From Actinomycetota bacterium (GTDB lineage: Bacteria; Actinomycetota; Actinomycetes; Acidothermales; Acidothermaceae): a stretch of DNA of 46,538 bases. How positions within the stretch are numbered: the first letter of the stretch is position 1; each line of letters starts with the position of its first letter. The notes below the pieces were generated by a model that searched no databases, had not been told where the DNA came from, and worked only from the letters and a program-made list of their open reading frames with translations. Both the position numbers and the translations under genes were made by a program. The stretch is from NCBI GenBank assembly GCA_003134755.1, contig PLCK01000111.1:680-47217 (forward strand), in the 5' to 3' direction. Positions 46,512 through 46,538 of this stretch are shown here, piece by piece.

Positions 46512-46538
46512 ACTAGCCGCCGGTGAGGATCAGATGGG

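Noticed and set aside
46513-46538. A possible 3' end of a minus-strand gene (..HLILTGG stop at 46513).
   Set aside because: Only 8 codons are visible at the window edge, which is too little to call.
1-46538. A window-wide look for CRISPR arrays, IS elements or transposases, integrases, tRNA/rRNA genes, toxin-antitoxin pairs and known defence genes.
   Set aside because: None found. Every repeat seen has three or fewer copies and is short. No ORF shows DDE/tyrosine-recombinase, Cas, or typical toxin or defence motifs.

Overview
High-GC (roughly 70%) Actinomycetota chromosomal segment, densely coding: about 46 CDS supported. I saw no rRNA, tRNA, CRISPR array, transposase or phage genes. It reads as core or housekeeping chromosome, not an obvious mobile island. 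Many long ORFs in the track are antisense or out-of-frame artefacts of the GC content. I resolved them by homology-like motifs, third-position GC, RBS placement and ATGA/GTGA/TAGTG coupling. Main blocks, left to right: (1) AraC-HTH + VOC pair, matrixin-like protease, Zn-ribbon-PAP2, manA, lepB and a flavoprotein disulfide reductase. (2) A 565-nt divergent intergenic region ending in a clear ydaO-type c-di-AMP riboswitch that leads into a RipA-like NlpC/P60 hydrolase. (3) An F420/NADP-reductase-like gene plus two uncharacterised genes. (4) A membrane diguanylate cyclase, then a polyphosphate module (ppk1, CYTH-CHAD, Nudix-histidine-phosphatase MutT1-like). (5) A minus-strand run of envelope genes: TIGR03118-like, an orphan GspE/PilB ATPase with tandem MshEN-type motifs, a DUF5522-like gene, EamA and an L,D-transpeptidase-like gene. 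(6) DD-carboxypeptidase, two unknown secreted proteins and GH18. (7) PAS-GGDEF, SDR, cupin and LysE. (8) A cellobiose-type locus (LacI, GH1, two permeases, SBP) with three CebR-box-like palindromes in the SBP/ROK divergent promoter. (9) VOC, AKR, GAF-GGDEF-EAL and VOC. (10) Zur plus a metal ABC transporter with two permeases. (11) dnaB with a repeat-rich upstream region. I found no clearly novel multi-gene system such as a defence or toxin system. The best leads are the riboswitch with its unexplained long leader, the orphan c-di-GMP-type secretion ATPase in a c-di-GMP-rich neighbourhood, several uncharacterised gene pairs, and repeat arrays in unusually long leaders.
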